Part shown: piece by piece, positions 27,990-35,549 of the stretch
Layout: every line of letters starts with the position of its first letter
Numbering within the stretch: the first letter of the stretch is position 1
Origin: a virus
Taxonomy: Duplodnaviria > Caudoviricetes
Reading direction: 5' to 3' (one strand)
Virus record (IMG/VR): IMGVR_UViG_3300037189_004920
Coordinates: 816-64,815 of that record
DNA length: 64,000 bases
Program-made: the position numbers and the translations under genes
The notes under the pieces: model-generated
What the model saw: the letters and a program-made list of their open reading frames with translations, nothing else
Database searches by the model: none
What the model was told of the DNA's origin: nothing

Positions 27990-28067
27990 TGGTGGGCCCT
28001 GTGTGAGTCGAACACACCACCAATGGATTATGAGTCCACTGCTCTAACCAACATGAGCTAAGGGCCC
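27990..28067 (-). tRNA. tRNA with CAU anticodon, probably tRNA-Ile2
   Basis: GGGCCCT/AGGGCCC acceptor, GCTC/GAGC D stem, GTGGA-CTCATAA-TCCAT, TTCGA loop, encoded CCA; resembles enterobacterial ileX. Confidence 0.9.
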
Positions 28068-28075
28068 GTTAATCT

Positions 28076-28510
28076 TTACGCTGTTTCCTTCTCTGTACAA
28101 AAGTCAAAGAACTCCATGACCGTGCCATCAAAGATCGCTTCGTTCTTGTCAGACATAGTAAGTCCAAACATATTGCATCCGCGATCCGTAATACGCACTC
28201 GCAACCCTTGTGCATCTTTGTAAACGTGATATTCGTAGTCCTGACCACAGTCAGTAGCTGTTGCTGGGTACAGGTAAAACTGTCCAGCTTCGCCTACTTT
28301 GAAGTTGCTGACCATCTGTGCAGCCAAGCAACCCATGCCATTGGCAACCTTGCGTGTTTCGTTAACACCTAGTCCATTGACCATAGTGAACTGTGCAAGG
28401 AACTCTGCCAGCTCTAAGCCATGACCACTAGGGTAGCCATCGTACTGGCGGTACATGTTGATGATGACGTCTTGCTCGTCGTATACGAAAGTGAGTGAAC
28501 GTGTGCCCAT
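28076..28510 (-). CDS. conserved-looking phage hypothetical protein
   Basis: MGTRS...YRQYDGYP...EYHV motif; own promoter. Confidence 0.8.
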   Translation of the reverse strand: MGTRSLTFVYDEQDVIINMYRQYDGYPSGHGLELAEFLAQFTMVNGLGVNETRKVANGMGCLAAQMVSNFKVGEAGQFYLYPATATDCGQDYEYHVYKDAQGLRVRITDRGCNMFGLTMSDKNEAIFDGTVMEFFDFCTEKETA

Positions 28511-28566
28511 TTGTAGCTCCTTGCTGTGTTAGTGTGTGTTAATTATACAACCGAAACATTCAGTTG

Positions 28567-28839
28567 TCAAGCATTTTTAAAGTAAACAACCTGAATTTTG
28601 TTGTTTGCACGGTCTTCAACGAAGACATACTCTGTGCTTTCCTCGCGATTGGCAAGGGGATTGTTTAGTACTTTCTTAGCAATGATCTTAACGCTACGCT
28701 CGTTAACGCTGTCCGTTACATCGTAGCCTGGGCCAAAGTTCTTTGCGCCGTCTGCTGTGTAGCTGTACTTGCCATTGCAACCGCACATACAACCCAGCTT
28801 GCCGTTGTAGACCTTAACAATTTTGGAAATATCTAACAT
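28567..28839 (-). CDS. early protein with CxCxC motif
   Basis: GCMCGCNGKY; stop in next -35. Confidence 0.7.
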   Translation of the reverse strand: MLDISKIVKVYNGKLGCMCGCNGKYSYTADGAKNFGPGYDVTDSVNERSVKIIAKKVLNNPLANREESTEYVFVEDRANNKIQVVYFKNA

Positions 28840-28880
28840 GCCTGCTCCTTTAGTGTTTATGTGTGTAGTATAGCACGGTT

Positions 28881-29126
28881 TTACCATCTTGTCAAGTCAG
28901 TGTCTGCAATAACCTTACCACCTCTATGGGTAATGAACACCTTGGTGCTGTCAGTGCCACCTTCACACAGGAAGACTGCCATGTAGCAGATCTGTCCACC
29001 ATTGGTGATGCCTAGGAACTTGCATGAGCTGAAGGCTGGACCTGTGTAGCCATTGTCCTTGGCCAACTTGGTTAGCTCGGGGGCTCGGTAGTTGATAAGT
29101 GTGTTGAGGGTTTCTGCTGTGATCAT
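28881..29126 (-). CDS. early hypothetical protein
   Basis: AGGAG RBS; last codons TTG ACA AGA TGG TAA are the next promoter. Confidence 0.7.
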   Translation of the reverse strand: MITAETLNTLINYRAPELTKLAKDNGYTGPAFSSCKFLGITNGGQICYMAVFLCEGGTDSTKVFITHRGGKVIADTDLTRW

Positions 29127-29202
29127 TTGCTCTCCTAAGTGTCTATAGTATAGCACCGGTAAAACCAAATGTCAACCAGAATTTTGTTGTATTTTTACAA
29201 CA

Positions 29203-29454
29203 TTAATCGTCTATCTGTCCGTTGGCTCGGAACCAGGTCTTGATGACCTTAACGATGGCATCAGCTTCAGCATCGCGTAGGGGCTTTTCGCTTTCAGGTA
29301 CTTGGGCTCTAGGAAACTCACAACGATCTTCTATAAGGTCAATGCAAGCACGAGCCGTGACCACCATCAACTCCCATAGGCGGGGATCTTGGCACTCCTC
29401 TTCTGAGTACCCTGCATGTTTCTTTAAGTCGTCTTGCCATTTGTATTCTGTCAT
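29203..29454 (-). CDS. hypothetical protein
   Basis: AGGAGG RBS; preceded by terminator-like hairpin. Confidence 0.65.
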   Translation of the reverse strand: MTEYKWQDDLKKHAGYSEEECQDPRLWELMVVTARACIDLIEDRCEFPRAQVPESEKPLRDAEADAIVKVIKTWFRANGQIDD

Positions 29455-29477
29455 ATGCTCTCCTCCTTGTAGTTATC

Positions 29478-29506
29478 AAAAAGAAAGGGCACACCAGGTA
29501 CCCTTT
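29478..29506 (-). terminator. intrinsic terminator
   Basis: AAAGGGTAC-CTGGT-GTGCCCTTT then CTTTTT on minus strand. Confidence 0.65.
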
Positions 29507-29618
29507 GTAAAGTAACCCATTGCAGGTTACGGAGCAAAGTTGGGTGGGGAGTGGGCCTGCGTTTTGTTGACTCCCCATTAAGGTATTACCTAGGACTGCC
29601 CTTACCACCCGTAAACTG

Positions 29619-30206
29619 TTATTTCGATTCTTTCTCTTCTTCCTCTTCAGCGTTCTCTTCTTCCCATTCAGCCATATATTCACTGATGCAGAACATTTCG
29701 TCTAAGACTGCGGGCAGTTCTTCTCGGACCTGCTCACTGGTCATACCACTAAGGTCATAGTAGTCATCTTCAAAGTCTTCCCAAATACCAGCAAAGCACA
29801 TGCCACCTTCATAGTAGTAGGCACGAACGCTGAAGCCCAAGTCAACCAACTTCTCGTATGCCTGGATAGGTGGTGACCACGCACTGTCAAAGGATGTGCT
29901 AATGCGACCATTCTCAATCTCGCAGGTCATGCCATCGCCACCGACGTCCCACTTGGTGCCCCACTCGTTGACACAATAGTCATACCAGTTGCCATAGCCA
30001 TGAACTTCCATGTTGCGTTTGGTATCTTCTTCGAGCTTCTTCTGCTCTGCTTCATCACTTACCATGCCTGCTACAATGTGCAAACTCTCTGGCACTGGGA
30101 TGAATTCATTTAGGAACTCTCCGCGATTCAGTGCATCACGAGCACGCTCAAGCATTGCTGGATCTTCGTGGGCCAGCTCGACCACATTGTTACACCAATT
30201 TGGCAT
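29619..30206 (-). CDS. DUF1281/YubB ferredoxin-like family protein
   Basis: MPNWCNN, WYDY..NEWGTKWD, FDSAWSPP, YYEGG..FAG. Confidence 0.75.
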   Translation of the reverse strand: MPNWCNNVVELAHEDPAMLERARDALNRGEFLNEFIPVPESLHIVAGMVSDEAEQKKLEEDTKRNMEVHGYGNWYDYCVNEWGTKWDVGGDGMTCEIENGRISTSFDSAWSPPIQAYEKLVDLGFSVRAYYYEGGMCFAGIWEDFEDDYYDLSGMTSEQVREELPAVLDEMFCISEYMAEWEEENAEEEEEKESK

Positions 30207-30359
30207 TGTCAATCTCCTTCAGTTGTTCGTCAAGTTCTAGTGAGTCTGCAAGACAATTGGCAGTGCTTGCCAGCACTCGCAGGACCTTCATGCGTTCTTC
30301 AACGGTCAAGACTTCTTCAAGTCTCTTCATGCACCGTTGCATCAATGCTACTTGACCCA

Positions 30360-30632
30360 TCATACTGGGCTCAGCATGTTAGCAGGAACACGCCACATGC
30401 CTTGTGGCGTAGCCACTGTGACATACTTACGACCTACCTTGTTCACAGTGCCCTTATAGGTCATGCCATTCCGTGTGCTAGTGAACTGAACATTAGAACC
30501 AGTCCGCATGCTAAAGATGTTCTTCTGTGCAATACGGCTACGGGCAAACTTCACAGCGTCCATGATGCTATCCAGCTGTTCGTTAGTAAAGGCACCTTGC
30601 AGGATCTCTGCATTGATAGTTTGAATTGACAT
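30360..30632 (-). CDS. early hypothetical protein with SH3-like C-terminus
   Basis: GTVNKVGRKYVTV...WRVP. Confidence 0.7.
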   Translation of the reverse strand: MSIQTINAEILQGAFTNEQLDSIMDAVKFARSRIAQKNIFSMRTGSNVQFTSTRNGMTYKGTVNKVGRKYVTVATPQGMWRVPANMLSPV

Positions 30633-30710
30633 ACTCGCTCCTTTTGTTTAACTTAGCCTATAGTATAGCACCGGTAAAACCATTTGTCAAGCCTTTTTGG
30701 TGTTGTATTT

Positions 30711-31004
30711 TTACAACACTCCTTCTTGCTCTAGCTCAGCAACCGCTTCATTGAACAAGTTCTCCAACTCTTCAATAGACAAGGTGTTGTGTTTTTGCAA
30801 CGGAGCGGCACTCCTGCCCTTGACCAAAGCAGACCCTTTGACATACATTCGAGCATAGTGTTCGGCACAATAGCTCTTGCCCTTGACCACCTTGCAACCA
30901 CAGTAGGTCACTGGACTGGTCCTTGGATCCTGATTAGGGCCCAGCCACTGACAGCCCCAATCCTTCTCGATCATCCGTTGCATGACGCTGTCAGTCAAGT
31001 TCAT
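30711..31004 (-). CDS. GcrA C-terminal-domain-like zinc-binding protein
   Basis: CQWLG...YCG...SYCAEHYARMY matches the GcrA CRWP...FCG...YCxxH..AY pattern. Confidence 0.6.
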   Translation of the reverse strand: MNLTDSVMQRMIEKDWGCQWLGPNQDPRTSPVTYCGCKVVKGKSYCAEHYARMYVKGSALVKGRSAAPLQKHNTLSIEELENLFNEAVAELEQEGVL

Positions 31005-31005
31005 A

Positions 31006-31857
31006 TTAGGCCCTCTTCATGCAAGTAAGAGCAGCCACACTCTGCCATTTGTCAGGCATTGCCGCACGAAGGTCTGCAACCTTGATGACCATACGCAATG
31101 ACAGCTCACGCATCTTGTCCTTGTTCACATCAATGAACTGTACCACTTCAGCCTTCTGCTCTTCAGTCAGGTCGTATACATCCAGCATGCCATCGTTCAC
31201 AATCTGCTTGATACGAAGGATCTTCTCACGAGCTGTGTCAATGGTGAGGTCCAAGTAGTGACAGCGTGACTCTAGTGCATCCAAGTGGTCACGGAGCTTC
31301 TTACTGCGCACATGCTCGAACTTGATGTTAGTAATAAAGATGGCACTGCCTGCGAACTCAAACGAATTGGGGATACCTTCTGCTCGCAACACACGGCTGT
31401 CTGTGTTCCAAGAGATAGTGCGCTTCTTGCTAGAGTCAAGAGCAGCCTTCAAAATATTAAGACTCAGCTCGTCCAGCAATACGCTGTCACAGTCGTCAAA
31501 CACCAAGACACTGCCTTTCTTGCTGTACTCATAGAGCTTGCTGTACAAGCCAATGGCACTCATTGCACCCTTGAGGATTTCATAGCGTGGCTTGCGGTCA
31601 CCCATCTTGTCAAACAGGTCGTCTTTGGTCAGTACTGCTTCAACACCAAAGCTCTTGCCCACACCTGGGGGGCCTGAAACGATCATGGCACGGACATCAC
31701 CTTTGCGCACACCCTTGGTCATGTCTTCAAGGATAGTGAATCGTTCTTTAATACGAGTGATGATCTCTTCATCAGTCTCACGGGCCACTGCCTTCTCACG
31801 GGCCTTGATAGCTTCTTGATCAAAGTCCAAAAGGTTAGTTGCGGGTGCTTTTGCCAT
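31006..31857 (-). CDS. AAA+ family ATPase
   Basis: GPPGVGKS, LVFDDCD, IFITN, ALESR. Confidence 0.85.
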   Translation of the reverse strand: MAKAPATNLLDFDQEAIKAREKAVARETDEEIITRIKERFTILEDMTKGVRKGDVRAMIVSGPPGVGKSFGVEAVLTKDDLFDKMGDRKPRYEILKGAMSAIGLYSKLYEYSKKGSVLVFDDCDSVLLDELSLNILKAALDSSKKRTISWNTDSRVLRAEGIPNSFEFAGSAIFITNIKFEHVRSKKLRDHLDALESRCHYLDLTIDTAREKILRIKQIVNDGMLDVYDLTEEQKAEVVQFIDVNKDKMRELSLRMVIKVADLRAAMPDKWQSVAALTCMKRA

Positions 31858-31932
31858 TCTATGCTCCTGTGTGTGTTTAAAGTGTAATTATACTGCCGGA
31901 AGTTTCATTTGTCAACCCCCGGCCCTGCCTAT

Positions 31933-32322
31933 TTACCACCAACTGTCGTAGTAAACGGCATCGCCCACTGCCAGTACTTCGCGGCACTCTGCAATGAAGC
32001 GCAGGTCTTCAGTGTCGCTGTCCTCGTCTGGAGGATTGTCTCCAAAGAAGAAACCACTAGTACTAGGCAATTGTCTAGCCTTAATGTCCAACTCCAAGGC
32101 CAAGAGGTCTACCTCATTGAGGCGAACGGGCACACAATTGAAGCTGTCAGCTTCGCCACCCTTGGCATAGTACAGCCGCTCCATCCAACCATGGAGGTTG
32201 TGATGCTTGCGCCAGTAGTGCATCTCTTCTACCTTGCCACGACCTTCTTCGTCCTTGGCAATAGTAAAGTCATCAATGGCATCCTCTGCCTTGACTCGCC
32301 ACGCATACATGTCTAAACCCAT
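31933..32322 (-). CDS. conserved-looking phage hypothetical protein
   Basis: MGLDMY, YWRKH..LHGW, YYDSWW. Confidence 0.8.
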   Translation of the reverse strand: MGLDMYAWRVKAEDAIDDFTIAKDEEGRGKVEEMHYWRKHHNLHGWMERLYYAKGGEADSFNCVPVRLNEVDLLALELDIKARQLPSTSGFFFGDNPPDEDSDTEDLRFIAECREVLAVGDAVYYDSWW

Positions 32323-32377
32323 TGCTCGCTCCTTCTTATTAACTTAGCCTATAGTATACTGGAAAAACCGGCCCTTG

Positions 32378-33091
32378 TCAAGCCTGTTGCATAAAGACCA
32401 CAAAGCCTGAACGGTCTTTCTTAGCACGGCCCTTAGCCTTAAGACCTAGCACCACGCCCCTAGGATCAAGGAAGCGAAGGTCTGTATCATCTGCATTGAA
32501 TACAGTCTTGCCCTTGTACTCTGCAGGGATCTTGTCAAACACAACGGTCACGTTCATGTTCTTGCTGATGGCCCAGTTGGCATCCTTCTCATTGCCGTCT
32601 GCTTGGCTGAACGTGAGGTGATAGTTCTTAATGCCGTCTACCTTGCGCTTGGGCACCTTGGTGTAGTCATAAAACTGTACTTGGGGGAAGGCTTCAAAGA
32701 TGTTAGTGTAGCCCGCTACCTCATACTTCTCCCAGCTCAAGTCGCTAGTACCATTCAAACGGAACACAGGAGTCAAGCCCTTGCGCTCTGCGAACTTGAT
32801 GGCCTTCTGGATGTCTTTGTAGAGATCAGCCATAAAGCCTGCACGGTCTTCAAAGAAGTACTTGGCCTTGCGGATACGTGCCTTCTGGATAGTGTTGGTG
32901 GTCTCACCTTTCTTGAACATACCACCACGACCGGCAGTGTTCAAGCATGCCGCCTTACAACCAGCCGTGGCCTTGGGGCAGGTATTGTAGCCGCTCACAT
33001 CAGCAGGGGCAAGGTGAAGGATAAAGCTCAAGTAGCCTTGCTTGGTACCCTTTTGGATTTTTGGGTTGGCAGTACTTAACAGTTTGAACAT
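32378..33091 (-). CDS. GP88-family protein (Cys cluster)
   Basis: CPKATAGCKAAC, RLNGTSD, FYDYTK; stop in next -35. Confidence 0.7.
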   Translation of the reverse strand: MFKLLSTANPKIQKGTKQGYLSFILHLAPADVSGYNTCPKATAGCKAACLNTAGRGGMFKKGETTNTIQKARIRKAKYFFEDRAGFMADLYKDIQKAIKFAERKGLTPVFRLNGTSDLSWEKYEVAGYTNIFEAFPQVQFYDYTKVPKRKVDGIKNYHLTFSQADGNEKDANWAISKNMNVTVVFDKIPAEYKGKTVFNADDTDLRFLDPRGVVLGLKAKGRAKKDRSGFVVFMQQA

Positions 33092-33213
33092 GCTAGCTCC
33101 TTTGTGTAGTGTATGTCATAATTATACTGCCGGTTTTACCGATTGTCAACCATTTTCTTTGTTGTATTTTTACAACACTATCTGACCTGCCCGGCACTCA
33201 CGCCCACTGGACC

Positions 33214-33325
33214 GCCCAAGCTACCAGGTCTTGGTTCATCTAGGAAGGCACATGAATAGATCACTTGACCTATCACATAGGCCAAGGCTAGATGTAAGAC
33301 TAGTCTACTCCAACGGATCTTGGGC
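33214..33325 (-). ncRNA. candidate structured RNA
   Basis: Four nested stems plus a possible pseudoknot; mismatches read as G-U on minus strand. Confidence 0.45.
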
Positions 33326-33327
33326 AA

Positions 33328-33615
33328 TCACATGCTCCAGTAGAGTTCACTTGATGGATCACATGCTCGTGGGGTGTCATGTGGGATCTCCATGTCCCGC
33401 CCCGTCATCAAGTTCTTCACAGTCTTCATAGTGGGCACGAACTCTATGCGATAGCCTAACCGTGTGGGCCACAGTTCATACTGGAGTTCACGCACCTCAC
33501 GACGCATCTCTGCCTCGTCCCTGTTCTGCCATACTGTAGTGCTTACAAGTCGTTCGCCCCGTTTGGTACGACGATCCGCCTTGTAGATGTACATGGTGTG
33601 AGAGGTCTTCATCAT
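33328..33615 (-). CDS. early hypothetical protein
   Basis: VKNLMTG...TP..CDPSSELYWSM C-terminus. Confidence 0.75.
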   Translation of the reverse strand: MMKTSHTMYIYKADRRTKRGERLVSTTVWQNRDEAEMRREVRELQYELWPTRLGYRIEFVPTMKTVKNLMTGRDMEIPHDTPRACDPSSELYWSM

Positions 33616-33848
33616 TCGTCTCCGTAGTAGCCGTAGTCTTCGTCCGTGCCAAAGCCAGCAGAGGCAAGGGCATCACCATCGTCCTCGTAGTCTGGTTCGT
33701 AGTCTTCTTCCTGCTCCATCATGTCAGCAAAGATCTCCTCCACAGTGGATTGTGGCACATCGTATCGCTCGGCAATCTCTGCAAAGCTCAAGTCGCCCGA
33801 GTTCAGCTCGTCTTGGATATCAAAAATTACGTCTTTTAGTGCGCCCAT
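33612..33848 (-). CDS. early acidic protein with HTH-like N-terminus
   Basis: LSFAEIAERYDV; acidic tail DALASAGFGTDEDYG. Confidence 0.7.
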   Translation of the reverse strand: MGALKDVIFDIQDELNSGDLSFAEIAERYDVPQSTVEEIFADMMEQEEDYEPDYEDDGDALASAGFGTDEDYGYYGDE

Positions 33849-33953
33849 ACAGTCAGCTCCTTAGTGTGTAAGTCTAAATTATATGATAAAACCTAGCCTT
33901 TGTCAAGAGCCTTTTGAAAGACCACACAAAGAGTCTGGCTTCTCCGCCACCGG

Positions 33954-33982
33954 TTGACAAAACGGTTTTTCCATTGTATACT
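33954..33982 (+). promoter_or_regulatory. sigma70 promoter divergent from the early array, facing the DnaA boxes
   Basis: TTGACA-N17-TATACT. Confidence 0.8.
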
Positions 33983-34109
33983 AGTGGCATAATAAGAAAA
34001 CGGGAAGACCGGCCATGTGTTCGAACAGTCATACTGGGGATGGACGTGGAGGCTGGGCGTCTGATTCTGGTGGTGGCAAAATAAAAAGAGCCCGCCCAAA
34101 AGCTCAAAG

Positions 34110-34213
34110 TTATCCACAGGTTGTTCACAGGGTGTGGATATCTTTCAGGTTATCCACAGCTTATCCGCCAGTTATCCACAACCAATTCTGGACTTATCCA
34201 CAGGTTATCCACA
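34110..34213 (+). promoter_or_regulatory. DnaA-box cluster
   Basis: TTATCCACA at 34110, 34150, 34172, 34194, 34205; variants TTGTTCACA 34121, TGTGGATAT 34133, TTATCCGCC 34161. Confidence 0.88.
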
Positions 34214-34215
34214 AG

Positions 34216-34533
34216 TTATTTCTTTAGGATTTCTCTGCAAAAGTCCTTACCATTGTCAGGGTTACTACGACAATAGCTGATCATTTCCACCTGTTCCCAA
34301 TTTCTTTTCTCGGCAAAAGCTCTTGTGTCCACTTCTTTGACCGCTCCCCATTGTGGTTCAGGTCTTGATCTAGAACGACATTCCTCATCACCAGCGCGGT
34401 ATTTTGCTTGATGGCCCACACAATCTCTCCAGTATGTCATACTCATACTATATGTGGTTATACTCATACTAGGACCTGTTGCACACCCAGTCATACCTAT
34501 ACACGCTGTACATGCTAGTATAAGAGTTCTCAT
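34216..34533 (-). CDS. putative lipoprotein
   Basis: MRTLILACTACIGMTG-C lipobox-like N-terminus; promoter at 34566-34594. Confidence 0.5.
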   Translation of the reverse strand: MRTLILACTACIGMTGCATGPSMSITTYSMSMTYWRDCVGHQAKYRAGDEECRSRSRPEPQWGAVKEVDTRAFAEKRNWEQVEMISYCRSNPDNGKDFCREILKK

Positions 34534-34796
34534 GCCGTAGTCTTCCTCGTTCACTATATGAGTATAGTATACAGGATCACATCGGTTTTGTCAAGAGTGT
34601 TCTATACTGGATATAGAGTGAAAAACCGCCCATTTTCAGGGTCAAGGAGCCCTAGAATACCACCGTAGATCCCATCTTTTGAACAGATTTGGGCGAAAAT
34701 ACCTAAGAAATCCTAGTAAAAATTTTTGGCAGGGTCGTGGTCCAATCGGGTAATGACCAAATACTTTTTACCATTCTACCTAAAATACCTGTATAT

Positions 34797-35057
34797 GCTA
34801 CAGCGGGACTTTTAGCTCTTGACCCCCCACACGCTACAGCGGGAATGCTAGGTATTATGTATATACGCTAACCTTTCACTAGTATGAGTATACAGTATGA
34901 GCCCTTGTGTAAGTGTGTGAGACCTTTCCTTAGTATGAGTATGAGTGCGTGTGTGCAGTATGCGTTGAGTGTTATATTTGTCTACAGCTACAGCGGGAAT
35001 GTAGGGTTAGAAGGTTTTATCTAATTTGACGTATATGTGCTAGTAGCTACAGCGGGA
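34797..35057 (+). repeat. GCTACAGCGGGA direct repeats
   Basis: Exact copies at 34797, 34833, 34987, 35046; another at 27374. Confidence 0.85.
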
Positions 35058-35098
35058 ATGTGCTCAGTGTAAATACTCATACTAGTGTATATACTCAT

Positions 35099-35308
35099 AT
35101 GAAGCCATACTCATTAATACATTGTTATTTGACATCAGCAGAAGATTCAGTTCAGGAACAGATGTGGCTGTACATACAAAGGTATAAGGGTTGGATCAGT
35201 ACTCATCCCCTAGGACTTTTAGTCTACATTCCCGAGAGATACAGTGCCATCATACTCATGTTAGATCCTCTGGCTCAGCGACAACATCGGCATGACTACA
35301 TTGCTTAA
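35099..35308 (+). CDS. hypothetical protein
   Basis: ATG at 35099; overlaps next ORF. Confidence 0.5.
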   Translation: MKPYSLIHCYLTSAEDSVQEQMWLYIQRYKGWISTHPLGLLVYIPERYSAIILMLDPLAQRQHRHDYIA

Positions 35309-35513
35309 AGCCGAAATTGCTTGGCCTGAGATTGGCCAGGACCATCATCAGCTGGATTGGATTGACCACATGTTTGCTGTGGAAGTGTGGTTGATATCTA
35401 ATGTGGGCAGGGAAGGTGAGTTGTGGCGCTGGCGGGACGCCCTAGGGGGCGGACTTGCAGTCCAGTTTGAAAGGCCTCAGGATCTTGCATGGTTCATGCT
35501 CAAGTGGGGCTAA
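35292..35513 (+). CDS. hypothetical protein
   Basis: Ends F..PQDLAWFMLKWG. Confidence 0.6.
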   Translation: MTTLLKAEIAWPEIGQDHHQLDWIDHMFAVEVWLISNVGREGELWRWRDALGGGLAVQFERPQDLAWFMLKWG

Positions 35514-35549
35514 TGGTAAATACACAGTATATTATACTAGGACCTTTTC

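Larger units (their letters stand above)
21905..34594 (-). promoter_or_regulatory. array of 22 near-consensus sigma70 early promoters
   Basis: TGTCAA (reverse TTGACA) at 21928, 22368, 22803, 23057, 23468, 23780, 24032, 24699, 24993, 25308, 26655, 27299, 27832, 28565, 28890, 29170, 30685, 31910, 32376, 33144, 33901, 34589, each 17 nt from TATAAT/TATACT/TACAAT/TATTAT; TTGCAA variant at 25803. Confidence 0.92.

Noticed and set aside
23231-29168. ORF-track N-terminal extensions such as MTFGKT, MTNGKT, MVKP
   Set aside because: They are translations of the promoter spacer; real starts follow the AGGAG RBS
34110-34213. Bacterial oriC contamination
   Set aside because: No dnaA, dnaN, gidA or other chromosomal genes; both flanks carry the phage promoter type. 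An assembly chimera cannot be fully excluded without reads
34015-34227. 70-aa + ORF and the minus ORFs 33874..34128 and 33893..34117
   Set aside because: They run across promoters and DnaA boxes; the repeated YPQ/IH residues simply translate the boxes
21900-34600. CRISPR array or integron attC array
   Set aside because: The repeats are promoter/RBS sequences separated by whole genes; no constant spacer length, no attC structure, no cas or integrase gene in the window
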